A DNA stretch of 63,960 bases, the filler included, from Chiloscyllium plagiosum (lineage: Eukaryota), in NCBI RefSeq assembly GCF_004010195.1. It is 4 parts of one record of this genome, joined end to end, with 100 filler letters (N's around TTAATTAATTAA, not from the genome) between each part and the next. Parts side by side here need not be neighbours in the genome. Positions count along the whole stretch, not along the records: positions 36,637 to 54,825 come from NC_057712.1; positions 54,926 to 63,960 come from NC_057712.1; 2 more parts are not named here. One strand, given 5' to 3'. Of the stretch, positions 50,600 to 62,765 are shown one piece after another. Every line of letters starts with the position of its first letter. The stretch's first letter is position 1. Under the pieces are notes generated by a model. The model was not told the DNA's origin. It made no database searches and saw only the letters and a program-made list of their open reading frames with translations. Made by a program: the position numbers and the translations under genes.

Positions 50600-51673
50600 A
50601 AAGCGCAGCAGGTCAGGCAGCATCAAAGGAGCAGGAGAATCGATGTTTCGGGCATAGGCCCTTCCTCAGGTATGAGGAGGGTGTGCCAAGCAGGCTAAGA
50701 TCAAAGGTATGGAGGAGGGACTTGGGGGAGGGGCGTTGGGAATACAATAGGTGGAAGGAGGTTAAGGTGAGGGCGATAGGCCGGAGAGGGGGGTTCCTAG
50801 GCAGAAGATGAAGCGCTCTTCCTCCAGGCGTCGTGTGGTCAGGGTCTGGCGATGGAGGCCAGGGACCTGCATGTCCTTGGCGGAGTGGGAGGGGGAATTA
50901 AAGTGTTCAGCCACGGGGCGGTTGGGTTGGTTAGTGTGGGTGTCCCAGAGGTGGTCTCTGAACATCGGGTGCAGCGGATGCAGTAAATGATGTGTGTGGA
51001 GGTGCAGGTGAATTTCAATATCCATCAGAAATTCACCTGCACCTCCACACACATCATTTACTGCATCCGCTGCACCCGATGTGGCCTCCTCTACATTGGG
51101 GAGACAGGCCGCCTACTTGCGGAACGTTTCAGAGAACACCTCTGGGACACCCGGACCAACCAACCCAACCGCCTTGTTGCTGAACACTTTAACTCCCCCT
51201 CCCACTGCGCCAAGGACATGCAGGTCCTTGGCTTCCTCCATCGCCAGACCATGGCAACACGATGCCTGGGGGAAAAGCGCCTCAGCTTCCGCCTAGGAAC
51301 CCTCCAACCACACGGGATGAATGTAGATTTCTCCAGTTTCCTCATTTCCCCTCCCCCCCCCCTTACCTCAGTCCCAACCCTCGGACTCAGCACCGCCTTC
51401 TTAACCTGCAATCTTCTTCCCGACCTCTCCGCCCCACCCCCTCTGCGGCCTATCTCCCTCACCTTGACCTCTTTCCACCTATCGCATTCCCAACACCCCT
51501 CTCCCAAGTCCCTTTTCCCTACCTTTGATCTTAGCCTGCTTGGCACACCCTCCTCATTCCTGAGGAAGGGCTTATGCCCGAAACGTCGATTCTCCTTCTC
51601 CTTTGATGCTGCGCTTTTCCAGCAACACATTTTTAAGCTCTGATCCCCAGCATCTGCAGTCCTCACTTTCTCC
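50600..51673. mobile_element. Neptune-type PLE, head-to-head inverted pair (minus 50600-51015, plus 51029-51673)
   Basis: GIY-YIG: HIIYCIRCTRCGLLYIGETGRLLAERFREH...VAEHF...LGTLQPHGMN. TACTGTTGCAGGCA direct repeat at about 50586 and 51677. Confidence 0.92.
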
Positions 51674-52026
51674 TTTTACTGTTGCAGGCAGGCCGTTCCA
51701 CATCCCTCCTACTTTCTGAGTAAATAAACTACCTCTGACATCTGTCCTATATCTATCATCCCTCAATTTAAAGCTATGGCCCCTCGTGTGACCCATCATC
51801 ATCCGAGGAAAAAGACTCTCCCTGAATACCCTCTGATTATCTTATATATCTCAATTAAGTCACCTCTCAACCTCCTTCTCTCCAACGAAAACAGTTGCAA
51901 GTCCCTCAGCCTTTCCTTGTAAGTCCTTCCCTCCATACCAGGCAACATCCTCGTAAATCTCCTCTGAACCCTTTCCAAAGTTTCCTATAATGCAGCGACC
52001 AGAACTGTAGGCAATACTCCAAGTGT

Positions 52027-52697
52027 CTGGATAAGTGGTGCTGGAAGAGCACAGCAATTCAGGCAGCATCCGACGAGCAGCAAAATCGACGTTTCGGGCA
52101 AAAGCCCTTCATCAGGAATAAAGGCAGTGAGCCTGAAGCGTGGAGAGATAAGCTAGAGGAGGGTGGGGGTGGGGAGAAAGTAGCATAGAGTACAATAGGT
52201 GAGTGGGGGAGGAGATGAAGGTGATAGGTCAGGGAGGAGAGGGTGGAGAGGATAGGTGGAAAAGGAGATAGGAAGGTCGGACAATTCCGGACATGTCAAG
52301 GGGACAGTGCGGGCTGGAAGTTTAGAACTAGGGTGAGGTGGGGGGAAGGGGAAATGAGGAAGCTGATGAAGTCCACATTGATGCCCTGCGGTTGGAGTGT
52401 TCCGAGGCGGAAGATGAGGCGTACTTCCTCTCCCCCACCACCAGACGCCTGGAGGAAGNNNNNNNNNNNNNNNNNNNNNNNNNNCCCATTGTACTCTATG
52501 CTACTTTCTCCCCACCCCCACCCTCCTCTAGCTTATCTCTCCACGCTTCAGGCTCTCTGCCTTTATTCCTGATGAAGGGCTTTTGCCCGAAACGTCGATT
52601 TTGCTGAAGCTCCTCGATGCTGCCTGAACTGCTGTGCTCTTCCAGCACCATTGACACAGAATCTGGTTTCCAGCATCTGCAGTCATTGTTTTTACCT
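52027..52697. mobile_element. Neptune PLE subfamily B inverted pair (gapped)
   Basis: Minus arm from about 52027; plus arm ends ...GTCATTGTTTTTACC. Confidence 0.85.
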
Positions 52698-52933
52698 TGT
52701 ATTTGCTATCAGCCATTTACAAAACTGAAGGATGCCATTTATCCTGTTGTTTCCCTGCTGGTTCATTGCAAGAGCGAATGATTAAGTCACACTTCCCAGC
52801 CTTATCCCAAGATACCTTACAAATATTTTTCCCTTCAGATAATTATTCCAGCTCCTAATTCTTAACTATGAATTTCAAGTATGGTTATTTTATTCAACAT
52901 GTCCATGCTGTCAAGGAATATGGCAGTACTTAC

Positions 52934-53295
52934 TTGAACCCAGTCGGTAAGCCTTGGCACGATTTGATCCAAATTTCTGTATCTCTGCTGAACATTTACT
53001 TTCTGGTTCCCATATTTCTGCCTCAGATTCTGTTGTTCTAGATCCCGCATCTGACACATCACCTTCTTCTCCCTCTGTGCTGTTACGATATGGCCTACGG
53101 TGCCAATTTTCAACAGCTTGCCTCCGTAGTGCTGAACTTCGGGACATGGGATCCCTGACGCATCTACCCTCCGAGTTGCGGTTTTGTTTATGATAATACA
53201 TCCTCTCTGGACTTTGTTCAATGTGCTGCATATCTACAGATGGCGTAAAACTGTCACTGTCATAGCATCGTGACACATGTGTTACTGGCTTTGGT
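52934..53295 (-). CDS. FBXO41: F-box only protein 41, internal coding exon (upstream of the F-box)
   Basis: Translates as PKPVTHVSRCYDSDS...RRQAVENWHRRPYRNSTEGEEGDVSDAGSRTTESEAE...YRLGS, matching the CYDSDS and STEGEEGDVSDxGSRTTESEAE blocks I recall from vertebrate FBXO41. Acceptor tttctactag and donor gtaagt; 362 nt, ending in phase 1, which fits the next exon. Confidence 0.9.
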
Positions 53296-53887
53296 CTAGT
53301 AGAAACATCACCAACACAAAAGGAAAGGTTAATAGATCTCTAGCTGAAAAAAGTTTCAATAACTTGTTGATTAAATTAAACATCAGTTTATTAATCTGTA
53401 TTATCTAACATTTTTACAGCATAATTCAGAAAAATGTCCATTGCTTGGACACGACAATATCCAAGGTTTATAATCATTAGCATTTGAGAACAACATTGAG
53501 GAAAAATGGATTTCAGATTTTAGGTTCTATGAAGATCTAACTTTTTATTGAAACAATAAATTCAATATCACATTTACAAGCAGTCATACAAATTCATATT
53601 CTTTACATTTTATCTATTCACATATTTGATGAACAAGCTACCTGAGACGATACTTGCTAACATGTTGGTTAACTTGAGACTTACAACTATTAGGGAAAGA
53701 AGGACCTGAAGTATATTCAAAAAGGTGAAGAGGCTTCGAACAGCAGAGGTGCTATTATTAGCAGTCTCCAAGCAGTCAGGACTGGAGAAATGCCTGACTT
53801 GCTTAGAAGTCAACTGGAATAAAGCTGTAGTAGCAAGAATCTATCATGTTTTCAGAGAAGAAGATACACTACAAGGCTATCAAGGAC

Positions 53888-55110
53888 GAGTGTGTGGTGC
53901 TGGAAAAGCACAGCAGGTCAGGCAGCATCCGAGGAGCAGAAAAGTTGACATTTAGAGGCCATAAGCCCTTTATCAGGAAACGTCGATTCTCCTGCTCTTC
54001 GGATGCTGCCTGACCTGCTGTGCTTTTCCAGCCCCACTCTAATCTAGAATCTGATCTCCAGCATCTGCAGACCTCAACTTCCACAAGGCTATCGAGGAAA
54101 TGGATTTAGGGAACTTATTATATTAGGATGTGAACACCATGGAATGAGCTATCATTTATTGCCCAACCGTAAATTGTCCTTGACACAAAACCAGAAAATG
54201 CTGGAAAACTCAACAGGTCTGGCAGCACTTGTGGAGAAAAAAATGCTTTGAGTCCAGTGACCCTTTATTACAGAACTGAAAGCTGCTGAGAAATGGTGGC
54301 ATTTAGACTATAGGTAAAAACAAGGACTGCAGATACTGGAAATCAGATTCTAGATCAGAGTGGTGCTAGAAAAGCACAGCAGTTCACGCAGCATCCGAGG
54401 AGCAGGAAAATCGACGTTTCGGGCAAAAGCCCTTCATCAGGAATACAGGCAGAGTGCCTGTCAGGTGGAGAGATCAATGAGAGGAGGGTGGGGATAGGGA
54501 GAAAGTAGCATAGAGTACAATAGGTGAGTGGGGGAGGGGATGGAGGTGATCACCACACCGCCCTGCGGCCCAACATTTCAACTCCCCCTCGCACTCAGCC
54601 GAGGACATGGAGGCCCTGGGCCTTCTTCACCGCCGCTCCCTCACCACCAGACGCCTGGAGGAAGAACGCCTCATCTTCCACCTCGGAACACTTCAACTCC
54701 AGGGCATCAATGTGGACTTCACCAGTTTCCTCATTTCCCCTTCCCCCACCTCACCCCAGTTCCAAACTTCCAGCTCAGCACTGTCCCCATGACCTGCAGT
54801 CGTCTTCTTGACCTCTCCTCCTCCANNNNNNNNNNNNNNNNNNNNNNNNNNNNNNNNNNNNNNNNNNNNTTAATTAATTAANNNNNNNNNNNNNNNNNNN
54901 NNNNNNNNNNNNNNNNNNNNNNNNNCCCCCACTCACCTATTGTACTCTATGCTACTTTCTCCCCCACACCCATCCTCCTCTAGCTTATCTCTCCATGCTT
55001 CAGGCTCTCTGCCTTTATTCCTGATGGAGGGCTTTTGCCCGAAATGTCGATTTTGCTGCTCGTCGGATGCTGCCTGAATTGCTGTGCTCTTCCAGCACCA
55101 CTGATCCAGA
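53888..55110. mobile_element. Two PLE inverted-pair inserts (53888-54082 and 54312-55110)
   Basis: ACAAGGCTATC duplicated around the first. The second contains RRLEEERLIFHLGTLQLQGINVDF and spans an assembly linker. Confidence 0.8.
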
Positions 55111-55416
55111 ACACAGTTATCAGTTGTTCTGTCACTGTAATGCTGAAAAAAACATGATCTGGCCAACATCTGAGCTAATAAAAAGGTTTTGTTACTGTGG
55201 GATTGTTAGGACAAGTACGAATTGATCTTAATCGTACTGTACTAGACCATGTCACATTTAATCCTCCAACAGTTATCATTGCAGTCGATCAGGTTTTGGT
55301 TTACTTTAACATAGACCTTGGATCAGGAATTTCAGCACAAGAAACTGTGTTGGTGGTGATGGGGTTCATGTAACCAGGGAAAGCTAAGCTCAAGCAAAAA
55401 ATTGCAGGACTTTGCA

Positions 55417-57700
55417 CTACAAGAACATAATAAAATAGAAGCACGAGTAGACCATCTGGCATGTCAAGCCTGCTCTGCCTTTCAATAGGATCATGGCTGA
55501 TCTGTTCACGGACTTATCTCCACTTACCTGCACACTCACAATAACCCTTGATTCCTTTACTGTCAAAAATATATCTATCTTTGTCTTTAAAACATTCAAT
55601 GAGACATCCTTGACTTCTGCACTCGGTAGGGAATTCCACACATTCACAACCCTTTGGATGAAAGCGATTCAGTTCTTAATCTGCTCCTCCTCGTTTTAAG
55701 GATAGGCCCCCTAGTTCTAGTTCCACCCACCAGTTGAACCAACCTTCCTGCTTCTATTCTATCTATTCCCTTCATGTGTTTCTATAAGATCCTGTCCCCA
55801 TTCCAATTAGTATAGAGAACATAGAACATAGAACATAGAAGATTACAGCGCAGTACAGGCCCTTGGGCCCTCGATGTTGCGCCGATCCAAGCCCACCTAA
55901 ACTACACTAACCCACTATCCTCCATATACCTATCCAATGCCCTCTTAAATGCCCATAAAGAGGGAGAGTCCACCACTGTTACTGGCAGGGCATTCCATGA
56001 ACTAACGACTCGCTGAGTGAAGAACCTACCCCTAACATCAGTCCTATATCTACCCCCCCTTAATTTAAAGCTATGCCCCCTTGTAATACCCGACTCAATA
56101 CGCGGGAAAAGGTTCATACTGTCGACCCTATCTAACCCCCTAATCATCTTGTACACCTCAATCAAGTCACCCCTAAACCTTCTTTTCTCTAGTGAAAACA
56201 GCCCCAAGTGTCTCAGTATAATCCCAATCTACTCAATCTCTCCCCTTAAGGCAACCTTCTCAATTCCAGAATCAACATAGTGAACCTCCTCTGCACCCTC
56301 TCCATTGCCAGTATATCCTTCCTCAAGTAAGGAGATCAAAACTGCATGCAGTGCTCTAGGTGTGGCCTCACCAGCACCCTATACATCTGTAACATAACCT
56401 CCCTGTTTTAAAACTCCATCCTTATAGCAAATGAGGGACAATATTCCATTTGCCTTCTATATTACCTGCTGCACCTGCAAACCAACATTTTGTGATTCAT
56501 GCACCAAGACACCCACCCCTCTGCACAGCACCTACCAGACCCCTGCTCACTCACGTAATCTAACTATACCCCTTTGCAGACAATACAGTGTCGTCTCCAC
56601 ATTTTGTTCTATTACTCGTGTTAGTGTCACCTGCAAAATTGATACACGACATTTGGTTCCTAACTCTAAATTACCCTTGTAAATTGTAGACAATTGCAGT
56701 CCCAACACTGAACCCTGAGGATCACCAACCACAAAAACACTCATTTATCCCCATGGTTTGCTTTCTGTTATTTAACCAATCCTCTATCTATGCTAATACA
56801 TTACCTGTATAACATAACACTTTTATGTTATGCAGCAGATTTTTGTGCAGTACCTTGTCAAATGCCGTCTGAAAATCCAAAACAAATCACTTGCCCTAAT
56901 TTACAAAAAAACACAAATTTTTTTTACAGTAGATACTGTTTTTAATTTACATATCTATCCAGGCTATTTTAATAACTCAAGCACTCCATTCCTGGCAACG
57001 TCCTGTTAAATCTTTTCTGAACCCTCTCCAGTTTAATAATGTCCACTTTATAACAGGGTGACACAGTACTCCAGAAGAAGCCTCACCAATGTCTCAACTC
57101 CAATTCTCAAAAGGTCTAAGCAATAAAGGTAGCGTGCTAAAATACCTCCTTAACCAGCCTGTCTAACGTGTGAGGCAAATTTCAAAAAAATTATGTACCT
57201 GAACCCCGAGGTGCCTGTATTCTACAATACTACCCAGGGCCCTCTAAAGTTCTGCCCTTATTTGTTTTACCAATATGCAACACTTCACCTTTATCCAAAT
57301 TAAATACCATTTGCCACTGCTGACTGCATTGAACCAATTGACAATCAACATCTCTTTGTAATCTTAGATAATCATCTTCACTGCCCATCACACCACCAAT
57401 TTTGGTTCATCTGTGAACTTATTGACCAAGCTTCCTGTATTCTCATCCAAATCATTTATATAAATGACTAACAAAAGTGAACCCAGTAACAATTCCTGTG
57501 GAATATGGCTGGTCACAGGCCTCCAGTCTGAAAAATAACCTTTTTACCTATACCGTAAAACCAATTTTGTATAGAGTTTGCAAGCTCACCCTGAATGCCA
57601 CGTGATGTAACTTTACTAATTAGTCTACTCTGCAGTACCTTATCAAAGGCTTCACTCAAACCCAAGCAGACAAAACTAAACTACAGCTTTAATTGGTCTG
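55417..57700 (-). mobile_element. Older CR1 fragments with a nested young CR1 3' end (55815-56217)
   Basis: RGDLIEVYKMIRGLDRVD...DRYMEDSGLV with (CTATGTT)n tail; degraded RT flanks. Confidence 0.8.
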
Positions 57701-58055
57701 ACATCTGTTTCTGACCCTCTGCCCTGAACAACCTTTTTTTGGTTACTTCCTCAAAAGACTCAGGAGCAGCTGGGGCCCAAACTATTACCAATTCCTGTGA
57801 TACCCTACTAGTCACTGCACGCCACTCAGAAAAAGACCCCTTTCTTCTGACTCTTTTTCCCAGTTGTCATCCAGTTCTCAATCCATTTCAGTACACTATC
57901 TCCAATCCCATGTGCATTGATATGGCACACTCAGATTTTATGTGCAACTTCATTGAAAGCCTTCTGACTGTCCCAACAAACTACATCAACTGGGCACCCT
58001 CTCATCCAGTCCACTAGTTACATCCACAGGAAAATTCAACATGTTTCATCAAGTG

Positions 58056-58350
58056 GGCGGCACAGTGGTTAGCACTGCTGCCTCACAGCGCCAGAGACCC
58101 GGATTCAATTCCCGACTCAGGCGACTGACTGTGTGGAGTTTGCACATTCTCCCCGTGTCTGCGTGGGTGCTTTGGTTTCCTCCCACAATCACAAAGATGT
58201 GCAGGTCAGGTGAATTGGCCATGCTAAATTGCCCGTAGTGTTGTTAGGTAAAGGGGTAAAAGTAGGGAAATGGGTGGGTTGCGCTTCGGTGGGTCGGTCT
58301 GGACTTGTTGGGCCGAAGGGCCTGTTTCCACACTGTAAGTAATCTAATCT
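58056..58350 (+). mobile_element. HE1-like V-SINE
   Basis: Full tRNA head, V-domain and tail. Confidence 0.92.
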
Positions 58351-59359
58351 AAAAAAAAGTGCAACTTCCCCTTTGTCAATCCATGCTGACTCTGCCTGCT
58401 CTTTCCACTATCTTCCAAATGGTCTTCCATTACCCCTTTTATAGTGATATCGAGTATTCTTCTCATCACCAATACCATACTAATTCCCTAGTTTTTCTCT
58501 GCCTCACTTTTAAATACTAGGGCTATGTTAGTTACCATCCAATCCACAGGAAACATTCCAGAATCTGTAGAATTTTGAAAGATAACCACCACCAGACCGC
58601 TATTTCTAGTGCCACTTCCTTAAGTGTTCAGATAAATGTTATCAGGCTTTAGTCCCGCTAGTTACGCTAATATCATTTCCATATAATTTCTTTCAATTCC
58701 TCGTTCCCCTGAGACGCTGTAATTCTCCATTTTTGGGATGTTATTTTTGTTCTTCCTTTGTGAAGACAAAACTAAACTACATCTTGTATCAATCGGTAAT
58801 CAAGAGATGAACAATAACCATTAAAACCATTGCCAATACATTGGAAAAAATCCACCTGGCTCACCGATGTCTTTCAGAGAGGAAAACTGCTGTCCTTACC
58901 CAGTCTGATCAACGTGTGACTGCAGACCCACAGCAATGCAGTTGGCTCAACTGCCCTCTGACAATTAAGAGATGGGCAATAAATTCTGGCCTAGTCAGTG
59001 ACACCCACATCCTAGAATTGATGTTTTGAAAGAAAAACTATTGGTTTGTATGATCTCTGCAAACTTGTCATCATATTCCATTTTCCCCGCTTCATCAATT
59101 TAAGAAAGGGGGTAAGGAAAAGCCAAGAAACTATAGATCAGTGAGCCTGACAATCAGCGATAAGCATGTTGTTGGAAGGGTTCCTGAGGGACAGGATTTA
59201 CACTTATTTGGAAAGGCAAGGGCTGATTAGGGATAGGGGATTCTGGATTAGAAGTGCTGGAAAAGCACCGCAGTTCAGGCAGCATCCGAGGAGCAGTAAA
59301 ATCAACGTTTCAGGCAAAAGCCCTTCATCAGGAATGCAGGCAGAGTGCCTGAAGGGTGG

Positions 59360-62320
59360 AGAGAGGATGTTTGGGGACTTGTCAACTGAGGTAGTATGGG
59401 CTGAGGTTAGAAACAGGAAAGGAGAGGTCACCCTGTTGGGAGTTTATATAGGCCTCCAAATAGTTCGAGAGATGTAGAGGAACTCTACATCAAAGATGAT
59501 TCTTGATAGGAGTGAGAGAGACAGGGTAGTTGTCATGGGGGACTTCAACTTTCCAAGTATTGACTGGGAACACTATAGTATGAGTATTATAGATGGGTCA
59601 GTTTTTGTCTAGTGTGTGCAGGCCAACAAGGCCAACAAGGGGCAAAGCCACATTAGATTTGGTACTGGGTAATAAGCCCGGTCAGGTGTTAGACTTGGAA
59701 ATAGGTGAGCACTTTGGTGATAGCAATCACAATTCTGTTATGTTTACTTTAGTGATAGAAAGGGATAGGTGTATACTACTGGACAAGAGTTACAGCTGGG
59801 GGAAAAGGCAATTACGATGCGATTAGGCAAGATTTAGGAAGCATAGGATGGAGAAGGAAACTGCAGGGGATGGGCACATTAGAAATGTGGAGTTTATTCA
59901 AGGAAAAGTTCCTGTGTATCCTAGATAAGTATGTACCTGTCAGGCAGGGAGGAGGCTGTAGAGCGCGGGAGCCGTGGTTTACAAAGGAAGTGGAATCTCT
60001 GGTCAAGAGGAAAAAGAAGGGCGGTGGCACAGTGGCACAGTGGTTAGCACTGCTGCCTCACAGCGCCAGAGACCTGAGTTCAATTCCCGCCTCAGATGAC
60101 TGACTGTGTGGGTTTCCTCTGGGTGCTCTGGTTTCCTCCCACAGTCCAAAGATGTGCAGGTAAGGTGAATTGGCCATGCTAAATTGCCCATAGTGTTAGG
60201 TAAGGGGTAAATGTAGGGGTATGGGTGGGTTGCGTTTCGGCGGGTCGGTGTGAACTTGTTGGGCCGAAGGGCCTGTTTCCACACTGTAATGTAATCTAAT
60301 CTAAAAAAAAGAAGGCTTATGTTAGGATGAGATGTGAAGGCTCAGTTAGGGTGCTTGAGGGTTACAAGGTAGCCAGGAAAGACCTAAAGAGAGAGCTCAG
60401 GGCCTGTTTCCACACTGTAATGTAATCTAATCTACAAAAAAGAAGGCTTATGTTAGGATGAGATGAGATGTGAAGGCTCAGTTAGAGTGCTTGAGGGTTA
60501 CAAGGTAGCCAGGAAAGACCTAAAGATAGAGCTCAGAAGAGCCAGGAGGAGACATGAGAAGTTGTTGGCGGATAGGATCAGGGCAAACCCTAAGGCGTTC
60601 TATGGGTATTTAAGGAATAAAAGAATGACAAGAGTAAGATTAGGGTCAATCAAGGATAGTAGTGGGAAGTTGTGTGTGGAGTCAGAGGAGATAGAGGAAG
60701 CACTAAATAAATATTTTTCAACAGTATTCATTCTAGAAAACGACAATGTTGTCGAGGAGATTACTGAGATACAGGCTTCTAGACTAGGTGTGATTGAGGT
60801 TAACAAGGAGGAGGTATTAGAAATCCTGCAGAGTGTGAAAATAGATAAGTCCCCTGGCCGGATGGGATTTATGCTAGGATCATTTGGGAAGCCAGGGAGG
60901 AAATTGCCAAGCCTTTGGCATTGATCTTTAAATCATCATTGTCGACAGGAATAGTGCCAGAAGACTGGAGGATAGCAAATGTGGTTCCCCTGTTCAAGAA
61001 AGGGGAGTAGAGACAATGCTGGTAATTATAGACCAGGGAGCCTTACGTTGTTAGTAAAGTGTTGGGAAAGGTTATAAGAGATAAGATTTATAATCATCTA
61101 GAAAAGAATACTTTGGTTAGGGATAGTCAGCACAGTTTTGTGAAGTATAGGTCGTGTCACACAAACCTTATTGAGTTCTTTGAGAAGGTGACCAAACAGG
61201 TAGATGAGAGTAAACTGGTTGATGTGATGTATATGGATTTCAGTAAGGCGTTCGATAAGGTTCCCCACAGTAGGTTATTGTACAAAATGTGGAGGAATGG
61301 GATTGTGGGACGCAAAGTAGTTTGGATCAGTAATTGGCTTGCTGAAAGTAGATAGAGTGTGATGGTTGATGGGAAATGTTCATCCTGGAGTCCAGTTACC
61401 AGTGGTATACCGCAAGGGTCAGTGTTGAGTGCTGTTCGTCATTTTTATAAACGACCTGGGTGAGGGCGTAGAAGGGTGGGTTAGTAAATTTGCAGACGAC
61501 ACTAAGGTCGGTGGAGTTGTGGATAGTGACGAAGGATGTAGTAGGTACAGAGAGACATAGATAAGCTACAGAGCTGGGCTGAGAGGTGGCAAATGAAGTT
61601 TCATGCGGACAAGTGTGAGGTGATTCACTTTGGTCGGATTAATTGGAATGCAAAGTATTGGGCTAATGGTAAGATTCTTGGTAGTGTAGATGAGCAGAGA
61701 GATCTCGGTGTCCAGGTACACAGATCCTTGAAAGTTGCCACCCAGGTTGACAAGGTTGTTAAGGCATACAGTGTTTTAGCTTTTATTAATAGAGGGATCG
61801 AGTTCCGGAACCAAGAGGTTACGCTACAGCTGTACAAAACTCTAGTGTGGCCGCACTTGGGGTATTGTGTGCAGTTCTGGTCACCGTATTATAAAAAGAT
61901 AGTGGAAGCTTTGGAAAGGCTGCAGAGGAGATTTACTAGGATGTTGTCTGGTATGGAGGCTGTTTTCGTTAGAGAGAAGAAGGTTGAGAGGTGACTCAAT
62001 AGAGACATATAAGATAATCAGAGGGTTAGATAGGGTGGACAGGGAGAGCCTTTTTCCAAGAATAGTGACCCCGCGAGCACAAGGGGGCATTGGACAGATG
62101 TCAGAGGTAGTTTCTTTACTCAGAGAGTAGTAAAGATATGGAACGCTTTGCCTGCAACGGTAGTAGATTCGCCTAGTTTAAGTGCATTTAAGTCATCATT
62201 GGACAAGCATATGGATGTACTTGGAATAGTATAGGTTAGATGGGCTTCAGATTGATATGACAGGTCGGCGCAACATCGAGGGCTGAAGGGCCTGTACTGT
62301 GTTGCAATGTTCTACGTTAG
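59360..62320 (+). mobile_element. Near-complete degraded CR1 ORF2 with an HE1 SINE (60020-60302)
   Basis: EN (MGDFNFPSIDW, EHFGDSNHN), RT motifs and 3' UTR. The SINE is flanked by an AAAAAGAAGG direct repeat. Confidence 0.9.
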
Positions 62321-62457
62321 ATAAATGTGAGGTACTGCATTGTGGAAAAGCAAATCAGAGCAAGAATTATACACTTAATACTAAGGTCCGCAGGAGCATT
62401 GCTAAACAAACAGAACTGGCGTGCAGGTTCACAGTTCCTTGAAAGTGGTGTCGCAAG

Positions 62458-62765
62458 TGGGTGGCTCAGTGGTTAGCACTGCTGCCTCACAGCGCCAGGG
62501 ACCCAGATTCAATTCCAGCCTCAGGCAACTGTCTGTGTGGAGTTTGCACATTGGCCCAGTGTCTGCGTGGGTTTCCTCCGGGTGCTCCAGTTTCCTCCTA
62601 CAGTCCAAAGATGTGCAAGTTAAGTGAATTGCCCATAGTGTTAGGTGGATTAGTCAGGGGTAAAAAAGGGAATGGGTCTGGGGGGTTGCTCTTCGGAGGG
62701 TCGGTGTGGACTTGTTCGGCTGAAGGGCCTGTTTCCACACTGCAGGTAATTGAATCTAAAAATCT
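62458..62765 (+). mobile_element. HE1-like V-SINE within an older CR1 (62320-63440)
   Basis: tRNA head, V-domain and (AATCTAAA)n tail. Confidence 0.88.
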
